DNA of 64,000 nucleotides from Enterobacterales bacterium (GTDB lineage Bacteria; Pseudomonadota; Gammaproteobacteria; Enterobacterales; GCA-002770795): NCBI GenBank assembly GCA_041556195.1, contig JBFFIY010000003.1, positions 7,504 to 71,503 of the forward strand, read 5' to 3'. Shown piece by piece: positions 61,954 to 64,000 of this stretch (position 1 is its first letter; each line of letters starts with the position of its first letter). The notes under the pieces were generated by a model. It saw only the letters and a program-made list of their open reading frames with translations, ran no database searches and was not told where the DNA came from. The position numbers and the translations under genes were made by a program.

Positions 61954-62249
61954 AAAAGATAACTGTAAGTTTTGAGAGCTGAATACATCACTTAAGTATA
62001 TCCTTAACTGCTGGTGAAAATCAGTAGTAACAGGAAAAATACAACTTTAGTTACAGGTATAGTAATGGAATCCCTTGAAATTTAAGTGAATAAACCTTAT
62101 ACATACAGAATGACTTGTTTTTAAGAAACAAATCCATGATCAAAAATCGATTCAACAATCGGCTCCCTCTTTACCTAATCATATAATTCAAGCTGTATAT
62201 TTAAACTGTATACCACGAGCTTGGAACCATACTTACGGAGCCATAAATA

Positions 62250-63605
62250 ATGGAAACAGTGAAATCTATGAAAAATTTTATCAATATTAAAGTGATCCTG
62301 ATAGCGATAAGCTTGATGGTGGTGGTGATTATTGGGTCAAAATCTATCTTTTACGCAGAACCCGGATATATTTATCACGTCAGAACAGTGACGGGTGCTG
62401 AAAAAGTGGTCACAGATGTGGGTTACCATCTCTTTATTTTTGGGCGATATAACTCCTGGAAGCGATCTATGTCGGTGCAAGCCGTAAGGGGTTCGAGAGA
62501 AGCTCTGGTAACCGCTGAGAAAGACACCAGTGAAACCAGTGCCAGTTTACCTCCGTTAGAAATCATTTTTCTGGATCAGGTTGATGCCCTGGCAGAAGCC
62601 ACCATCCGTTACTCTATACCAACTGACGAAGAGGCTTTTTTGAAACTGGCTCATGAATATCGTTCTCCTGAAAACCTGTTGCGAACAGCTTTGATCCCAG
62701 CATTTAAGGAAACCTTACAATCCAATGCATCCTTGATGAGTGCAGAAGAATATTATTCAGGTGGAAGAACCCAGTTTAACTCGGAGTTTGAAAATCAGAT
62801 GAATGAAGGAATTTATCTGGTACAACGTCAGGAAATGGTAGTTAGTACCCCAAAAACAAAATCCTCAGCTAACGCCTCTTTGATTGAACAGCAAAACATG
62901 AATTCTGATGAAGAAAAAACAATTTTCGTAGTAAAGAAACTTTATGATGATAATGGGTTACCTAAACGTAAAATTCAGAAATTCAATAACTATGGGATCA
63001 CTGTTATTGATGCTCGTATTACTGACATGAAACCAAACCAGAAATTCAAGGAGCGCATGCAACTTAAGCAAAAAGCTTCTGCGGATAGAGCTATTGCCCG
63101 TGAACAACGGATCCAGGAAGAGGAACAACGTTTATTAGCTATTGCAAAAGGTGAGCGAGAAGTGGCCGAGCGCCAGGCTGAAGCCAAGGTAGATCAAATT
63201 CAAAAAACAACAGAAGCAGAAACTGAAAAACAGTTGGCAATTACCGGTGCTACCAAGGTACGAGAACAGGCTAGAATTGCTAAAGAAACCGCCGGCATAA
63301 ATTTTGATACGGCAGTGATAACAGCAAAAACCAAACGTACACTCGCGGATGCAGAAGCTTATCAGAAAAGAGTTATCATCGAAGCTGATAATGCACTGGC
63401 CCAAAAACTGGACGCAGAAATTCAAATTCAAACACTCTGGGCTCAAGCTTTCTCTAAGCGCTTAGTTCCAACAAATGTATTTGGCGGTGGTGGTTCTACT
63501 CCAGTGGGTAGTGATGGAGAAGTTAAAGCTTTTATGCAAATGTTAACTTTAGATGCTGCAAAACGATTGAATTATAATCGTGAAGTTGGCGGCAAAGGAA
63601 AATAA
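62250..63605 (+). CDS. SPFH/band-7 domain membrane protein with long coiled-coil C-terminus
   Basis: 451 aa with an N-terminal TM segment, an SPFH-like region, and a Glu/Ala/Lys/Gln-rich helical region. Confidence 0.6.
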   Translation: METVKSMKNFINIKVILIAISLMVVVIIGSKSIFYAEPGYIYHVRTVTGAEKVVTDVGYHLFIFGRYNSWKRSMSVQAVRGSREALVTAEKDTSETSASLPPLEIIFLDQVDALAEATIRYSIPTDEEAFLKLAHEYRSPENLLRTALIPAFKETLQSNASLMSAEEYYSGGRTQFNSEFENQMNEGIYLVQRQEMVVSTPKTKSSANASLIEQQNMNSDEEKTIFVVKKLYDDNGLPKRKIQKFNNYGITVIDARITDMKPNQKFKERMQLKQKASADRAIAREQRIQEEEQRLLAIAKGEREVAERQAEAKVDQIQKTTEAETEKQLAITGATKVREQARIAKETAGINFDTAVITAKTKRTLADAEAYQKRVIIEADNALAQKLDAEIQIQTLWAQAFSKRLVPTNVFGGGGSTPVGSDGEVKAFMQMLTLDAAKRLNYNREVGGKGK

Positions 63606-63637
63606 CGCTATAAGAAACAATAGATGTTGTTATCCAA

Positions 63638-63662
63638 AGCGCTGGGAACAGCGCTTTTTTTT
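63638..63662 (+). terminator. rho-independent terminator
   Basis: agcgctg-ggaa-cagcgct stem-loop followed by a T8 run, 33 nt after the stop of the SPFH gene. Confidence 0.8.
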
Positions 63663-63820
63663 GAGCTAAGTTTGTAAAATAGAGAATACATCAACCATAA
63701 ATAACCTGGTTGTTTAATTGCATTCTTGAAGAATATTCATGAATTTTAAATCTATCAGATTGAAATGTAAGAAGTATTTGATTTACTACAAAAACCTGTA
63801 TACTTAGTATATGACTTGAG

Positions 63821-63945
63821 TTCGGGATAAAAACAGCCAGCTAGCACAACTATTTTAGCGGTTCTCTGCGTTGAACTAGCTACCAATAGCGAGCTATTGC
63901 TACGCTAGTCCGCTTTGATAACCACTAAAATACTTGCACTGGACA
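63821..63945. repeat. long imperfect hairpin related to family 2
   Basis: It starts ttcgggataaaaacagccag (compare ctcgggataagacagg at 54101). The arms gcacaactattttagcggtt / aaccactaaaatacttgc are inverted, with the centre caatagcGagctattg. I could not identify a matching right terminus. Confidence 0.5.
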
Positions 63946-64000
63946 GATGTGATAACCGTTAGCTATAAAGTATTTATAACTTACTAATATTTAATAGTTT

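Overview
AT-rich gammaproteobacterial chromosomal segment. The core synteny (rho, trxA, rhlB-gppA, metH, metJ, ubiD) looks like a marine Alteromonadales/Vibrionales-type organism, but the taxon cannot be proven from sequence alone. Most of the window is housekeeping or metabolic. It holds a reductive pyrimidine-catabolism cluster (mmsA, beta-ureidopropionase, NCS1 permease, dihydropyrimidinase), an RND efflux pair, tRNA-Leu(CAG), and metH preceded by MetJ boxes. It also holds metJ, ygiQ, an 1840-aa CheB-CheR-PAS-GAF-GGDEF-EAL signalling protein, MscS, a GMC oxidoreductase, a TRAP binding protein, folE2, and a Cys-type NAD-linked formate dehydrogenase set (fdhD, NuoEF-like subunit, alpha subunit).

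Two accessory patches stand out. (i) At 5.0-9.2 kb, a 116-bp diverged copy of the dihydropyrimidinase 3' end brackets inserted DNA. That DNA contains integron-style cassettes: a clean attC right after a 2-TM ORF, a DUF4258/YgiT toxin-antitoxin pair followed by a related attC-like site, and GTTAGGC cores upstream of both cassettes. It also contains a Y1/HUH transposase gene killed by one in-frame TGA. No integrase is present. (ii) At 18.9-23.3 kb, between metH and metJ, lies a RelE-like/HTH toxin-antitoxin pair, a large Roc-COR (ROCO-type) GTPase gene, and a Fic/Doc-like protein. The GTPase gene is split by a frameshift at a homopolymer run and carries a GC-rich in-frame tandem repeat. The Fic/Doc-like protein has Gln in place of its catalytic His. 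This GTPase/Fic-like neighbourhood is my best candidate for an undescribed conflict or regulatory system.

Other oddities are a type-I QueF-like protein lacking the catalytic Cys and two families of long hairpin-forming intergenic repeats. No rRNA genes or CRISPR arrays were seen.
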